Part shown: in pieces, positions 26,652 through 39,659 of the stretch | Layout of the letters: the number at the start of each line of letters is the position of its first letter | Position numbering within the stretch: position 1 is the stretch's first letter | From: Octopus bimaculoides | Taxonomy: Eukaryota | NCBI RefSeq assembly: GCF_001194135.2 | Contig: NC_068981.1 | Coordinates: 101,687,671-101,751,670, forward strand | Length of the DNA stretch: 64,000 nt | Reading direction: 5' to 3' | Made by a program: the position numbers and the translations under genes | The notes under the pieces: model-generated | Told to the model about the DNA's origin: nothing | Database searches by the model: none | What the model saw: only the letters and a program-made list of their open reading frames with translations

Positions 26652-27060
26652 TTCTTTTCTTTTACTTGTTTCAGCATTTAACTGTGGTCATGCTGGAGCA
26701 CCGCCATAAAGGATTTTTAGTGAAAGAAATCAACCCCAAGACTTATTCTTTGTAAGCCTATTACTTATTCTATCAGTCTCTTTTGTCAAACTGCTAAGTT
26801 ACAGGGATGTAAACACACCAACATCGGTTGTCAAGTGATGGTTGGGGGCAAACACAGACACACACATAAATATATACATACATATATATATATGTATATA
26901 TACAACCAGCTTCTATCAGTTTCCGCTTATCAAATCCACTCACAAGGCTCTGGTCAGCCTGCAGCTATAGTAAAACACACTTGCCCAAGGTACTATGCAG
27001 TGGAACTGAACCTGGAACCATATAGTTGGGAAGCAAGCTTCTTAACACACAACCATGCCT
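26652..27060 (-). mobile_element. tRNA-derived SINE group B (CORE-like segment, internal TA/CA microsatellite)
   Basis: Head tggttgtgtgttaagaagcttgcttcccaac, CORE-like accttgggcaagtgt, and tail ggtgctccagcatgaccacagttaaatgctgaaacaagtaaaaga; lies ~140 bp upstream of the last exon's acceptor. Confidence 0.9.
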
Positions 27061-27331
27061 TTTGTTATTCTCTATTGGTTTCTGGTCATTGGATTAACAG
27101 TGAATAATCAAAAGAAGTATTAGACTATAGTTACATATAAACACATGTATACTCTTTTCTGCACAATGCATCAAGTACCTAATGTTTTCTAGTGTAAGAT
27201 CATAAACAAACCCTCTGTGTGTGTGTGTGTGTGTTTGTTTCATTGGACATGTGGGAATGCATTAATAAGTTTGTTCTGGGCTTGATCCTACTACATTGTA
27301 TTTTGGGCAATTATATTCAACCAGTCTCATG

Positions 27332-27384
<53 letters not shown>

Positions 27385-27875
27385 TAAATCTTTCATGCCA
27401 TGATCGTTTTCACCTCTGCTCATCTTCAGGTGTTGTTATAGATTATTTATAGTTTTCAATCTATATAGAATGGCATCACTAAGCATTAAGTCAGTTATAT
27501 GTAATGAATATTAAGTTATCTTATAGTTATGTGCAACAATAAATAAGAAAGTGAAATTGAAAAATATTTGTCAATATTCAGTGGTTGTTGTATGACATTA
27601 TTTTGTATTGGCGTTACACTTTATAGTAAATGTAAGGAGAACACATATACATTGATTATTCAGCTTGTATTATTGAAAGGAAGGTTTTCTACATTGTAAA
27701 TTTTTGAATGCATTAGCAAGAACTTTAAACTATTTACTAGGCTCTTCTATTTGCATCACTATCTTGACTATCCATCACCAGTGCTCTCTCTCTCGCCAAC
27801 TAACATTACCCCCACTGCTTACTGACTAATGTTACCACCCTCTTATACACTACTACCTGTCACTCCTTCTCCTTT

Positions 27876-28270
27876 GTTGTTGTTGTTGTTGTTGGCACTC
27901 CGTCGCTTATGACGTCGAGGGTTCCAGTTGATCCAATCAACGGAACAGCCTGCTCGTGAAATTAACGTGCAAGTGGCTGAGCACTCTACAGACACGTGTA
28001 CCCTTAACGTAGTTCTCAGGGATATTCAGCGTGACACAGTGTGACAAGGCTGACCCTTTGAACCACAGGCACAACAGAAACAGGAAGTAAGAGTGAGAGA
28101 AAGTTGTGGTGAAAGAGTACAGCAGGGTTCACCACAATCTCCTGCCGGAGCCTCTTGGAGCTTTAGGTGTTTTCGCTCAATAAACACTCACAACGCCCGG
28201 TCTGGGGATCGAAACCGCGATCCTATGACCGTGAGTCCGCTGCCCTAACCACTGGGCCATTGCACCTCCA
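27876..28270 (-). mobile_element. tRNA-derived SINE group C, full-length young copy with 15-bp TSD
   Basis: Head tggaggtgcaatggcccagtggttagggcagcggactc...ggtttcgatcccc (A and B boxes, tRNA-Arg-like) and (CAA)n tail. TSD cactccYtctccttt at 27861-27875 and 28271-28285. Confidence 0.92.
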
Positions 28271-28687
28271 CACTCCCTCTCCTTTAGATTACTCATTTCT
28301 AGCATCCATTGCACTCTCTCACAACTGGCCATTTCTATGACTAACCTTCTCCTGTAAACATGTAACTACCATTATTGTCTCCCTTCTATTGCACCCTGCC
28401 TTTACTATTCCTCATAACCCCTCTAGCACTGTCTTACCTATTTCCACACTGTACCCCAATCATATTTCCTCACTCTATACTGTCTTCGCTCCACCCCACT
28501 CTTACTGAAGTTCATCTACTATAATCACTCCCACTCTCTTCTTCTCACACTATTAATCATATGCTGCACAAACAGTGACAGCACAGAAGATTGAGGATCT
28601 TATGTTGCAGGATACCAAGTAATCTCACTAGTGCTGGTGCTATGATAAAATGCATCCAATACACTTTGTAAATTGGTCAGTAAATGA

Positions 28688-28776
28688 GCAGAGACAGTGT
28701 ATGGCCAAGCAAAGACAGTGAAGGCCCAGCAGAGACAGTGCAGGGCCAAGCAGAGACATAGTAGGGCCAAGCAGAC
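28688..28776. repeat. 20-21-bp minisatellite, about 4 copies
   Basis: gcagagacagtg...ggccaa unit repeated. Confidence 0.85.
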
Positions 28777-28854
28777 CCTTTAGACTTTTCAAAGATATGA
28801 AGATCCCTTTAGTACCAGTGCCAGGATAAAATACAAATCCAGCAGACTCTGTAA

Positions 28855-29043
28855 CGTAGTTGGTGTCAAGAAGGGAATCTAGACATAAATCATACCAAAA
28901 TAAAACACATGAATGAAATGTGGTTGGAGGAGCATGCCTAGGGTGGCTGTAAATCCAATTAAAAACCATCTTGAACTATGACAGCTCATTCAACCCATGC
29001 CAGCATGGAAAGCATGCATAAAATGATGATGATGATGATGATG
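28855..29043 (+). mobile_element. RTE 3'-tail fragment
   Basis: gttggtgtcaagaagggaatc...caacccatgccagcatggaaagc...(gat)n. Confidence 0.7.
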
Positions 29044-30538
29044 CAAACACTTTTCTGTCTAATCAATATTATAGTGATGTCTTTGTTGTTCATCTCCTCT
29101 GCTTATTTAACAAATAAGTGTGATATTAGTTGTCTAATTGTCATTTAATTGCTAAACTTGATTTTAACATCATTAATCACATACTATAAAACTGAAAGAC
29201 AAATTATAAACAGGAAAAACTAAAAACAAAAAAAAACATACATGAACTAGATGGAATTGAACCCTCAATCTCTAATCTAATAAAACCAAAGCTAAAATCC
29301 CTTTACTCTGCTAGAAACAGTATTAGGAATTGAGAAAGGTGCTTGTTATTTAGAGGAAAGAAAGATTTCACAGGAGTTCCAGTTTTGTGTTGTTTCTAAA
29401 AATCTTTCAAAATTTCATTTCATTCTCTTATTTTTTTTTTATGATAGAGATACAAAAGAACAAATAAGAACCCTGTTTATGCTTGCCTGAGTTACTAGAA
29501 ATAGCAGTCAAATCTTCCTAAAATCACACCTGCTGTCATAAAAAAATAGACACATTGGATAATGTATCTTACTTTTTCAGCATGCAGACATACAAGAGCC
29601 AATACATGTGGCAGCTCAACCAACTAGAGATAGCAGCTAAATCACCCTCAAATCACACTCTGCTCTCTTAAAAATGAAGGCCACATACAATAATCTAATC
29701 TGTGTGTCTGTAAAAGGAGAATGATAGGATGGTCACAATTTTAATACTCCATCACAGATCCGCAAATTCAGAGCCAATCTAGCATTAAATTGTGATTGCA
29801 TTACAGTTGTGTGTGTGTGTGTGTGTGTGTGTGAGTTATTTCTTTATATTAGATTTAAGATATAGTAGTCAACTTTATAAATAACAGAGAAATGAATAAA
29901 CAAATACCAAAAATATTTCTTGTTCCTTCTGTTCAGAGTTTAAAACAAATGCACAGCATGATGATTTTGATATTAATTTTATTGCTAGACATAACAAATT
30001 AAATTGAAATGAAAAACAAAAGCAAAAACAAACCAAAACATTAACAGAATTAACAACAGCAACAAAATGAACTTCAATTACAAGAATATCTGTAACAGAG
30101 TAAACAATAATAATGCAGAAATGTTTGATTGCTTTTTAATTTACATGCTTTCTTAAGTCATCAAATTTTGTTGTTTGTAAAGGAAAACTAAAACATGGAA
30201 TGTTAAAAACAAAAAAATAAATAAAATTTGATTGTTTGGTTAACTGAATAAGAAAACGGGGAATATGAAGAAGAAAGGTGAAAATAATAATTAAATAAAT
30301 AAAATAAAATTATGTATTTGATTGTCAAACAAATTGTTTGTTCTGATTTAAAATTTTAGATTTTCTGTCTTTAAAAAAGAAGTTAGTTCACAGAATAATT
30401 AAAAGAAACAAACATGAAGAATGACTGGTCAGGTCAGGTTACAGGACCCCCACATCTATACTCTCCTGCTACTGTTCATATTGAGCACCCAAAAACGAGT
30501 TGAAAAGCACCCACATCTTCAGGTTAAGATTGCCTTAG

Positions 30539-31190
30539 TTTTTTTTTTTTTTTTACAAACTTTCTGTTATATGTTGCCTATATTCCATACCTAACTGTGC
30601 CTATGTTATTTTAACTTCACCAAAAAATCCATGGCACCACAGATGTGTGATTTTATCAGTCTGTCTGATTTTCAAATGATGGTGAATCTCAGTTCTTTGT
30701 CCTCCACTTCATCATCTTTGTTCTTTTTGGAGGAGTGTCATTGTTGTTCAGTGGAACTTGTTCCTTTTAATGTATTCTAGTTGTTTTATGTTGAATTTTC
30801 AGTTTTTGAATATTTTTCTACCTTGGAGTTTTCTTCAACAATTTGTGCTCTTTCTTCAGAAAACATTATTTCCTTTGCACTACTTTGTGATGGAGTTATG
30901 CTACACTTGCTGCTGTTACAGGACAGGGTATTTGTGGGCTTGTTTTTAAGACAGGGCAGAAAGAAATTTATACTGTTGTTCTTGAAGTTTTGACTGATAG
31001 CGTTCTGGAAACAGGTTTGTAGCCCTTGTTGCTGTCTTGGTTTGTCACCATTACTTTCCTTTTCACTAAACTTTGTAGTTCTTCAGAGTAAGAGGTTCTG
31101 AAAAGGTTTTTACTATGACAAATATACCAATTAGGTCTTTTGCCCTGTATTGTTAACCTCATTACTCAGCACTTTCATCTGGGCACAGCT
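30539..31190 (-). pseudogene. Possible processed-pseudogene fragment in an intron of the LDLa gene
   Basis: Purine-rich coding-like frames broken by stops (...HSSKKNKDDEVEDKELRFTII*KSDRLIKSHICGAMDFLVKLK*), with TAA at 30608-30606 and an A16 run about 50 nt downstream. Parent gene unrecognised. Confidence 0.3.
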
Positions 31191-31208
31191 CTGGAATAGA
31201 TTTGTGGT

Positions 31209-31300
31209 CATACATGAACTGTGCTCAGTTGAATGAGTAATTTTGATTTTGCTTCATACATGAACTGTGTTCAGTTGAAGGAGTAATTTTGATTTTGCTT
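31209..31300. repeat. 46-bp tandem duplication
   Basis: catacatgaactgtgYtcagttgaaKgagtaattttgattttgctt twice (2 mismatches). Confidence 0.9.
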
Positions 31301-31520
31301 CATTACATATCACCTCTCTTTAGATATGTTTTAGCTACTTGCCAACATTGTGATACAAAACTGACGACCAGCCACAAATCTCCATTGTTTCCAATGTCTG
31401 TTATCACCACTTTAGTAAAAGAAAAATTCCTTTGGTAATGCTATATGGTCTACCTTCAGAGCAAAATAAACATATGTATGCTTTGAGAACTGATAGGAAT
31501 AATAATAATAACGATAATAA

Positions 31521-32215
31521 TCCTTTCTACTAATGGCACAAGGCCTGAAATTTTAGGGGAGGAGACTAGTTGATTACAACCACCTCAATGTTTCACTGGT
31601 ACTTAATTTATCAACCCCAAAAGGATGAAAGGCAAAGTTGACCTCAGCAGAATTTGAACTCAGAACATAGGAGTAGATGAAACATTGCTAAAAATTTCCC
31701 CCAGCATGCTAATGATTCTGCCAGCTCATCGTCTTAACAACAATAATAATAATCCTGTCTATTATAGGCACAAGGCCTGAAATTTGGGGGAGGGGATAGT
31801 CGATTACATCGACCCCAGTATTCAACTAGAACTTAATTTACTGATCCTGAAAAGATGAAAGGTAAAGTTGACCTTGGTGGAATCTGAACTCAGAACGTAG
31901 CAACAGGTGAAATACCACTAAGCATTTTGTTCAGATGATTACCTATCCAGATGATGGTTGAGTGGACAATGCAAGAACAAATGACAAAAAAAAAAAAAGA
32001 ATATAATAAACAGGTATGAAATAGTAATAAAAATACTGAATTTCTAAGAGCAGATTAAGGCCCGTAAATCTGGGTGGATATTAATTGGTTCTTTATTTTA
32101 TCAACCCCAGAAAGATGTCAAGTTAACCTTGGTAGGATTTGCACTCTGAACATAAAAGAACCAGAAATATTGCAAAGCATTTTGTTCATGATCCTGCTAA
32201 TCCACTGCTATTATC
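31521..32215 (-). mobile_element. Cluster of three same-strand SINE group A copies (31521-31735, 31752-31932, 32052-32215)
   Basis: Each shows the aaaggatgaaaggcaaagttgacc core and B-box complement; the first two sit next to (AAT)n runs. Confidence 0.85.
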
Positions 32216-32422
32216 TTACATCAGTAAACATTTGGAAATTTGGGGAAGAGAAGTACATTCGTAGAAATTGTCCTAAATACACAACTGGTACATACTTTAA
32301 CTCTTCTACTCTCCAAGATGGAAGACAATGTCAGTGCCACCAAAGTTTGAACAAAAAATAATAATGCATGTGGAATTTATCTGTTTCAGCTGTCTCGAAA
32401 CACAACTTATTGACGTGAAATA

Positions 32423-33341
32423 TATTGGGTCATCCTATAAATAATGCAGTTTTTCCAATTGCATGAACTAAAAGTCAGAGGGGGATGGGATAAACTACTT
32501 GCATCAACTTGCTATAAAAGCAGGTAGTAATTTTACCTTGTACTTATTGTTAGTGCAAATTTTGAAGAGTGCAGTTCAATTTTAACAGTTATTTTTTCGA
32601 AGATATAATGGAAGTGACAAAGGAGCATATTCAGCATATTTTGCTTTATGAGTTCAATAAAGGCAATAACGCAATGGAAAGTGCAAGGAATATTAACGCA
32701 ATATATGGGGATCAGACAACAAGCGTAAACCAGTGTCAATGGTGGTTCCAGAAATTCTGAGCCGGATATTACAGCCTAGAAAAGTCTCGTCCTAGAAGAT
32801 CTGTAGAGTTCAACAGGGATGTCCTGTAAACCCTGGTGGAACAAAACCCCATTGTAACTATTGAGGAGTTAGCAGAGAAGCTTGGATTTGGTCATTCAAC
32901 CAGTCATTCAAGTCAGCGCTAGAAGAAAGATGACAATCTTTGGTTTCAAGACAAAAGGTGTTCTCCCATCAGGATAATGTTTGGACACATTGAGTGAGGA
33001 TGATATTCCAAAGGCTGGAGCAATTTGAATTGGAAACAATGCCCCACCTACCATATTCGCTAGACATTGCCCCGTCTGATTATCATTTATTCTGCAATCT
33101 TTAAAATCATTTGGATGGAAAAAATATGAATTCTGTAAACAAGGTCAGAACAGTACTGGAGGAGTATTTTTCATCACAGACAAGTGAATTTTAGAAGAGG
33201 GGCCTTCCAAGTCTACCAGATAGATGGAAGAGCATTTTAGAAAATGAAGGAGAGTATATTTTAGATAAAAAAAACTTTGTCTTAATTTTCAAAAATAAAA
33301 GAGGTATAAAAAAACCTCACTATTTATGGGATGATCCAAGA
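32423..33341 (+). mobile_element. Mariner DNA transposon, internally deleted, pseudogenised transposase
   Basis: 31-bp TIRs matching at 25 of 31 positions, with TA upstream at 32421-32422. N-terminal MEVTKEHIQHILLYEFNKGNN...QWWFQKF helix-turn-helix region and C-terminal YSLDIAPSDYHLF (YSPDLAPSD motif, ~33054-33092). The middle of the transposase is missing. Confidence 0.93.
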
Positions 33342-33995
33342 TTTCTGCCATTAAAATTCAAGTACATGCATCAAATGTTGCATAATAATTAAGTTTCTGA
33401 AACCAGTTTACTACACATGCTTAGTCAGTTCAAAATGTGAAGCCCAACATTCCACAGCTGATGTTATTAAGCCCCAGATTAGAGTTCTGACTGAGCAGAT
33501 CTATGATTAAGGAAGGCATTTCTGTCCCTTTTTTTCCTATGTACTCTGTATCTAAAGCAACATTATCCAATGTGTTCTGCGTTGTAAGACCTAACATAAT
33601 TTGAGGGAGATTTTGCTGCTAGGTTGAGCAACCACACAGAGGTTCTCTTGCAACAGAAATTCTTGTAGATGCTGTTATTAAAAGGTATTTCAACTGACTA
33701 GTGTGAGGCAAACTTTCTATCAATTCACAAACTTTGGCTCTGTGAATATATATATCTTGAGGTGGATGGAAGAATCAGTCGGGTATCAGATACAATGCCT
33801 TGTGATATTAAGTTATGCATTTTAAAATTGTGTTTAATTCCTGTCATGCTTGGCTTTGCTTTTCCCCATTCAGGGTTGATAGAATAGGACTAGTTGCATA
33901 CTGTAGTCAATATAATTCACAATAATCCTACTCCAAAACTTTGTGAGCTAAAATCTGGCGCAAAAATAAAAAAAAAAGGAAAATGAATAACTAAC

Positions 33996-34178
33996 CAGAG
34001 TCCCAGGAGACAGCCCGCATCGTGTACTTTTGAAAGTGACACACACAAGCCAGTACTCCAAGCAATACTAAGATTACCATCACTCCAATGACAAGTTTCC
34101 TGAAGAGTTCGGGAAAGTTGTCTTTCCGTCGGGGTGGACGCTCTTTCTGCTCATCAATTTCATTTTCCGGTGTCCGAC
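33996..34178 (-). CDS. Internal coding exon of the same gene: stalk plus transmembrane helix
   Basis: Acceptor cttctattttcag before 34178 and donor gttagt after 33996; 183 nt, phase 1-1. Translation CRTPENEIDEQKERPPRRKDNFPELFRKLVIGVMVILVLLGVLACVCHFQKYTMRAVSWDS, containing a ~20-residue hydrophobic helix. It splices in frame to both neighbouring exons. Confidence 0.92.
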
Positions 34179-34442
34179 CTGAAAATAGAAGCATGCTTTT
34201 AATAATAATAATAACTCAGGTTATATCTAGAGATATATTTGATGCAAAACAACTGAATTAGACTTAGTAGAACTTGTAGGTTTTCAGAAATGATAAATAT
34301 AACTTACTATAATTAACCATGTCTCTGGATTGGATGACCTTAAATTCTATCAAAACTCTTCTGCTTTAAATTTCTATTTAAATAATGTTGTTTAGAAAGA
34401 GCTCAACTCTCATCATGAAGACTTATGTTCAAAAACCATTCT

Positions 34443-34607
34443 ACATCATCATCATCATCATCATCGTCGTTTAGCGTTCGTTTTCCATGCTAGCATGGGT
34501 TGGACAATTTGACTGAGGACTGGTGAAACCAGATGGCTGCACCAGGTTCCAATCTGATTTGGCAGAGTTTCTACAGCTGGATACCCTTCCTAACGCCAAC
34601 CACTCAG
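34443..34607 (-). mobile_element. RTE 3'-tail fragment, little diverged
   Basis: (cat)n cgtttagcgttcgttttccatgctagcatgggttggac...cccttcctaacgccaaccactc; lies 265 bp into the intron upstream of the TM exon. Confidence 0.85.
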
Positions 34608-34938
34608 AAATTTTATTTATCAGGCACAATATATCTAGAGCTTCAGTAACTAATGTATCCTTCTTTTTTGTGTTTTAAAGATAGTAGAATGAGAGTTTGG
34701 TTGCTTTTTCTAATACACTGAGCAATGTTATAGATGTTGTCTTGTAAACAAATTACAGATTTTCACCTCCCTCTGGTAGTCATTGTTTAACATAAGTCTA
34801 TAAGAAAGGTTTATCTCATCACAAATACTACAATAACTGGCTCATCAACAGTGTATGTACAATAAGTATGGTACATAGAAGGTTATTTAAATTAAATACC
34901 TCCTCAATTGCATATACTGGACATATATGTATGTATAT

Positions 34939-34986
<48 letters not shown>

Positions 34987-35321
34987 CTGTTGTGTCTGGG
35001 AAGAGTCATTCTCTTTTGGTGCCTTATAATTTAACACACTCACCGGTAAAATTTCCACTTATTTCTTTCTTTATTTTTCTAAAATTTTCATTGCATCTTG
35101 CAACCTTTTCAATAGTTTTGACTGTCCGTTATTCACACTGCCTTCCTTTTTGTTTGTTTGTGCACATGTGTGTGAGTTAGTGTGTGTTTGTGCATATACA
35201 TGCATGTATGTATGTATGTATGCATACATGTGTGTGTATGCATGTATTTATGTATGTATATGTGTACATTTGTATGTATGTATTCTGCATGTTCATGTGT
35301 TTGCGTGTCCATGTTCGTGTG

Positions 35322-35357
<36 letters not shown>

Positions 35358-36540
35358 AATGAGTGTGTTTGAATATAACCTTCCTGTCAATTGTTCTCAA
35401 CTTTTTATAAGCAATATAAATATTTCCTCTTGGCTAGACATATTTTTGTAGAACGATACTGCTTTATGATTTTGTTCATTTACAACTATTACATGATATC
35501 AAGACAGGGTGACACAAAGAAGCACACATACACATGATGGGCTTCTTTCAGTTTTCAACTATCAAATCTATTCGCAATGTTTCGGTGAGTTTAAGGCTAT
35601 TTTAGCAGAAGAGACTTACTCAACGTGCCATGCAATAGGCCTGAACTCAAAACTACATTGTTGGGAACACACTTTTCAACCATACAGCCATGCCTCTATG
35701 CCTACAATATGGATACAAACACATGTCTCTAAGTTCAATATACATACACACATAAAGATATTTAGGCTTAAGAATAAGTAATGATTTCCTGAAATCAGGA
35801 ACATTAAATCATAACTTGATCATTAGACTGAGAGAGCAAGACAACATTGAACATGCATATATGTATAATGAGTTAATAATTTCAGTGATACAGCTACCTT
35901 AATATTGTAAAACAGAGACATTGCAGTGAAATAAAGGAACTGGATGTCGTATTTTCAAGTTTCATTGATTCAAAGATTAGTTCTTGAAAATGACAGACTA
36001 GATATTATTAAAGACAAGACATAAATATAATGTAAAATTTCAATATTTCAACTGAATTGGTTAGTTGGAGAATAACCCAGAAGGAAATTGCCACGTCTTG
36101 TGCCTGAACAGAAAACGGTTTGTGAATACATCTGTTGCTAAAGAATGGTTTTAAGTTGGCAATTAATGTTTAGTTTCTATTGAAAGAGATAAGAAACACA
36201 AACAGAAGAAATATAATAGACATTTATAAATCATTTATAAATTTCATCCTTTGGGACTTCTCAGAATATGTAATCTTTTGGAGTTTAGAATCACAAGGAT
36301 GTTCATTACAACACTCTCTTTCTCTCTCTGTCTATGTATGAATGTATGTATGCATGCCTGTATGTATGTTTGTGTATATGTATACATATGTGCATGTGTA
36401 TCTGTGTATTTCTTTACACTTGCTCTCAAAGAAAGTCACTTGCTACAGATAATGTTTTTGTTGTTACTTCTTCCATTGAGAAGTCATCTGCTTAACTTTG
36501 CATCTTTGAGAACATATGGGATAATGGTTTCATTACCATT

Positions 36541-36948
36541 TTACTCTTTTACTTGTTTCAGTTATTTGACTGTGGCCATGCTGGAGCACTGCCCCTAGTC
36601 GAGCAAATCAACCCCAGGACTTATTCATTGTAAGCCTAGTACTTATTCCATCAGTTTTTTTTTGCCAAACCACTAAGTTACAGGGATGTAAACACACCAG
36701 CATCGGTTGTTAAGCGATGTTGGGGGGACAAACACAGACACACAAACACATACACACTCACATACCTATATATATACATATATACGACAGGCTTCTTTCA
36801 GTTTCCGTTTACCAAATCCACTCACAAGGCTTTGGTCGGCCCAAGGCTATAGTAGAAGACACTTGCCCAAGGTGCCACGCAGTGAGACTGAACCCAGAAC
36901 CATGTGGTTTGTAAGCAAGCTACTTACCACACAGCCACTCCTATGCCT
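36541..36948 (-). mobile_element. SINE group B, full length
   Basis: Same head, core and tail as 26652-27060. Confidence 0.9.
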
Positions 36949-37896
36949 ATTAGAAAATTTGTAAAACTGGCAAGTGTAAGTGCCTGAATAATCTGAATAA
37001 TATATATATATATATATATATATTTATTTTTATTCTGTCTTCGTCAATAGTTTTGAATTACATTTGTTTGCTTGAGCCCTAATTCCCCACAAATTTTGTG
37101 GGTGCTGCTGATATGCGAAGTTTTCAGTTATCATTAAAGGCACGAAACTATGTATTAATATTTTGGTTGATAACTGAAGAAGTATTATGGTCCTTCTGTA
37201 TCTGTCCTATGTGTACATTTTTTAGTATTTATTGCATTTTTCATTTATTGAGTAACTGAATGCAACACATCCTGACTTTTGTTAACAGTAAGTTTTTATA
37301 TATATTTTTTTGACTATCTTCTTTCTTTCTCTCTCATTCTCATATTCCTTTTCTAGCACCCCAACTTCCTCTCTCACCCTCTTACTCATAATTGTAGACT
37401 TTCTCCCTTTCTTCCTTCCCTGTTCTCTCTGCCACTCTCTTTCTCCCTCTCTCTCATCTTCCTTCCCCTCTGTCTACTGCCCACATGTGACTTGTGACTA
37501 ATTTTCCCCATCTCTTTGCCTCTTGCCACTGGACACTTAGCTTGCTGGTCAATATCTATCTCCTCACTGGCTATTTCTCTTTCTATATCCATTCGAGATT
37601 TCCTCTAGGCATTACACATCATTTTCGTCTGTTTGGCCGAAAGGCTGTATGTATTCTGTTTTCATAAATCATTTAAAATTATATTTGTTCACTTTTGTAC
37701 ATCCCCTCAGTATCGTTTTGCTTGTCTGAGCTCTGCAAATTCTCTGCAAATTTTGCAGGTGCCACCAATATGTGAAGTTCTCAATCTTATCATTAAAGGC
37801 ATGAAACATTTTGGTTGATAACTGAAGAAGAATTAGGGTCCTTCTGTGTCTGTCCTATTTGTCTGTTTTTTAGTATTTAATGCATTTTTCATTTAT

Positions 37897-37929
<33 letters not shown>

Positions 37930-38340
37930 NNNNNNNNNNTATATATATATATATATATATATATAGCCCAGAGTAGTACAGAATAATGGGCATATAAGTA
38001 ATTAATGAATATATGCAGCCCACCTTATGGAAATAACAATCAACTTCTGTCATTCAAATTCGGATTTTTTTGAATCCTACATATTATCGTCATCGTCAGC
38101 ATTTATAATCCTTAAATGCCCATTTTCCAAACCAGCATGAGTTGAATGGTTTGACCAAAGCTGGCAAGTACGAGACCTGCTCCAGGTTCTGGTTTGATTT
38201 ATTTATTTATTTGTTTCTTTGTTTGTGTTTTTGAGTGTATGTGCGTAAACAGATTGACAAATAGGTATATATACACATATATAAGTATATAAATACTTTC
38301 TTTAAAGACATGTAACTTTCTTTTCATTCTTGATTCAGAT

Positions 38341-38634
38341 TACTCTTTTACTCTTTTACTTGTTTCAGTCATTTGACTGTGGCCATGCTGGAGCACCGCC
38401 TTTAGTCGAGTAAATCGACCCCAGGACTTATTCTTTGGATGCCTAGTACTTATTCTATCGGTCTCTTTTTGCCGAAGCGCTATGTTACGGGGATGTAAAC
38501 ACACCACCATCGGTTGTCAAGTGATGTTGGGGGAACAAACACAGACACACATACACACAAACATATATATATATACATATATATGACAGGCTTCTTTCAG
38601 TTTCCGTCTACCAAATCCACTCACAAGGCTTTAG
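38341..38634 (-). mobile_element. SINE group B, cut by assembly gap
   Basis: Tail (tactctt)n through the middle; head lost in the N-gap at 38635-38832. Confidence 0.88.
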
Positions 38635-38947
38635 NNNNNNNNNNNNNNNNNNNNNNNNNNNNNNNNNNNNNNNNNNNNNNNNNNNNNNNNNNNNNNNNNN
38701 NNNNNNNNNNNNNNNNNNNNNNNNNNNNNNNNNNNNNNNNNNNNNNNNNNNNNNNNNNNNNNNNNNNNNNNNNNNNNNNNNNNNNNNNNNNNNNNNNNNN
38801 NNNNNNNNNNNNNNNNNNNNNNNNNNNNNNNNAATTTATTTTGTGTGGTTTTATTCATCATTATTGTTTATATCCATCTATACATTATATGTGTGTGTGT
38901 GTGTGTGCTTATACACATACACACACATGCATATATATGTATACAGA

Positions 38948-39073
38948 AACTCTGCCAAATTAGATTGGAGCCTGGTGTAGCCATCCAGTTGCACCAGTCC
39001 TCAGTCAAATTGTCCAACCCATGCTAGCATGGAAAGCGGATGTTAAACGATGATGATGATGATGATGATGATG
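38948..39073 (+). mobile_element. RTE 3'-tail fragment
   Basis: gaaactctgccaaattagattggagcctgg...ccaacccatgctagcatggaaagcggatgttaaac(gat)n. Confidence 0.85.
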
Positions 39074-39659
39074 CCTATATATAAACACACACACACACAA
39101 TCATGCATAAATTGAAATTTCAATGAATATTCCACATTTTTTCTTAACTGCTACATTTATGATATTTTAACAATTTATTTTTCTATAAATATGTTTTTCT
39201 AGAGAGAATACAGAGTTTGCAAGATATTGATGGACACACCCATCCAAATCCCAGGTACCAAGTCATTGGGACCTAAATATCAATGATTTCATATTGAGAT
39301 TTTGGGCCTAGTGATTTTTGGGGTATTATTGCCATAAGGATATCCTGTGGGGAGAGGGAGTGATGACTGGCAATATAGAAGAAAGATGATCTGCATATAA
39401 GTAGATCAATACACACTGTTGATATGTGTGTGTGAGTCTCATTTTATATTTAAGTTGAAAACACTTCCTATGTTACTGCAGTGGCTTGAGTTTCATGCAT
39501 AGCCTAACTCTTGAATATTTTATATTCTATATATGAGCCATAAAGGAAACTAGAACTACACTTAGAACCACATATACTTTCTCAATTTATTTATATGTCT
39601 GTAGGGATTGAGAATAAATCACTTGAACTAGAATCTGTAAATAAAACAAATGAACTTAC

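Noticed and set aside
27876-28270. tRNA gene calls for SINE heads
   Set aside because: A and B boxes are present, but there is no acceptor stem or terminator, and the heads run into SINE bodies with TSDs.
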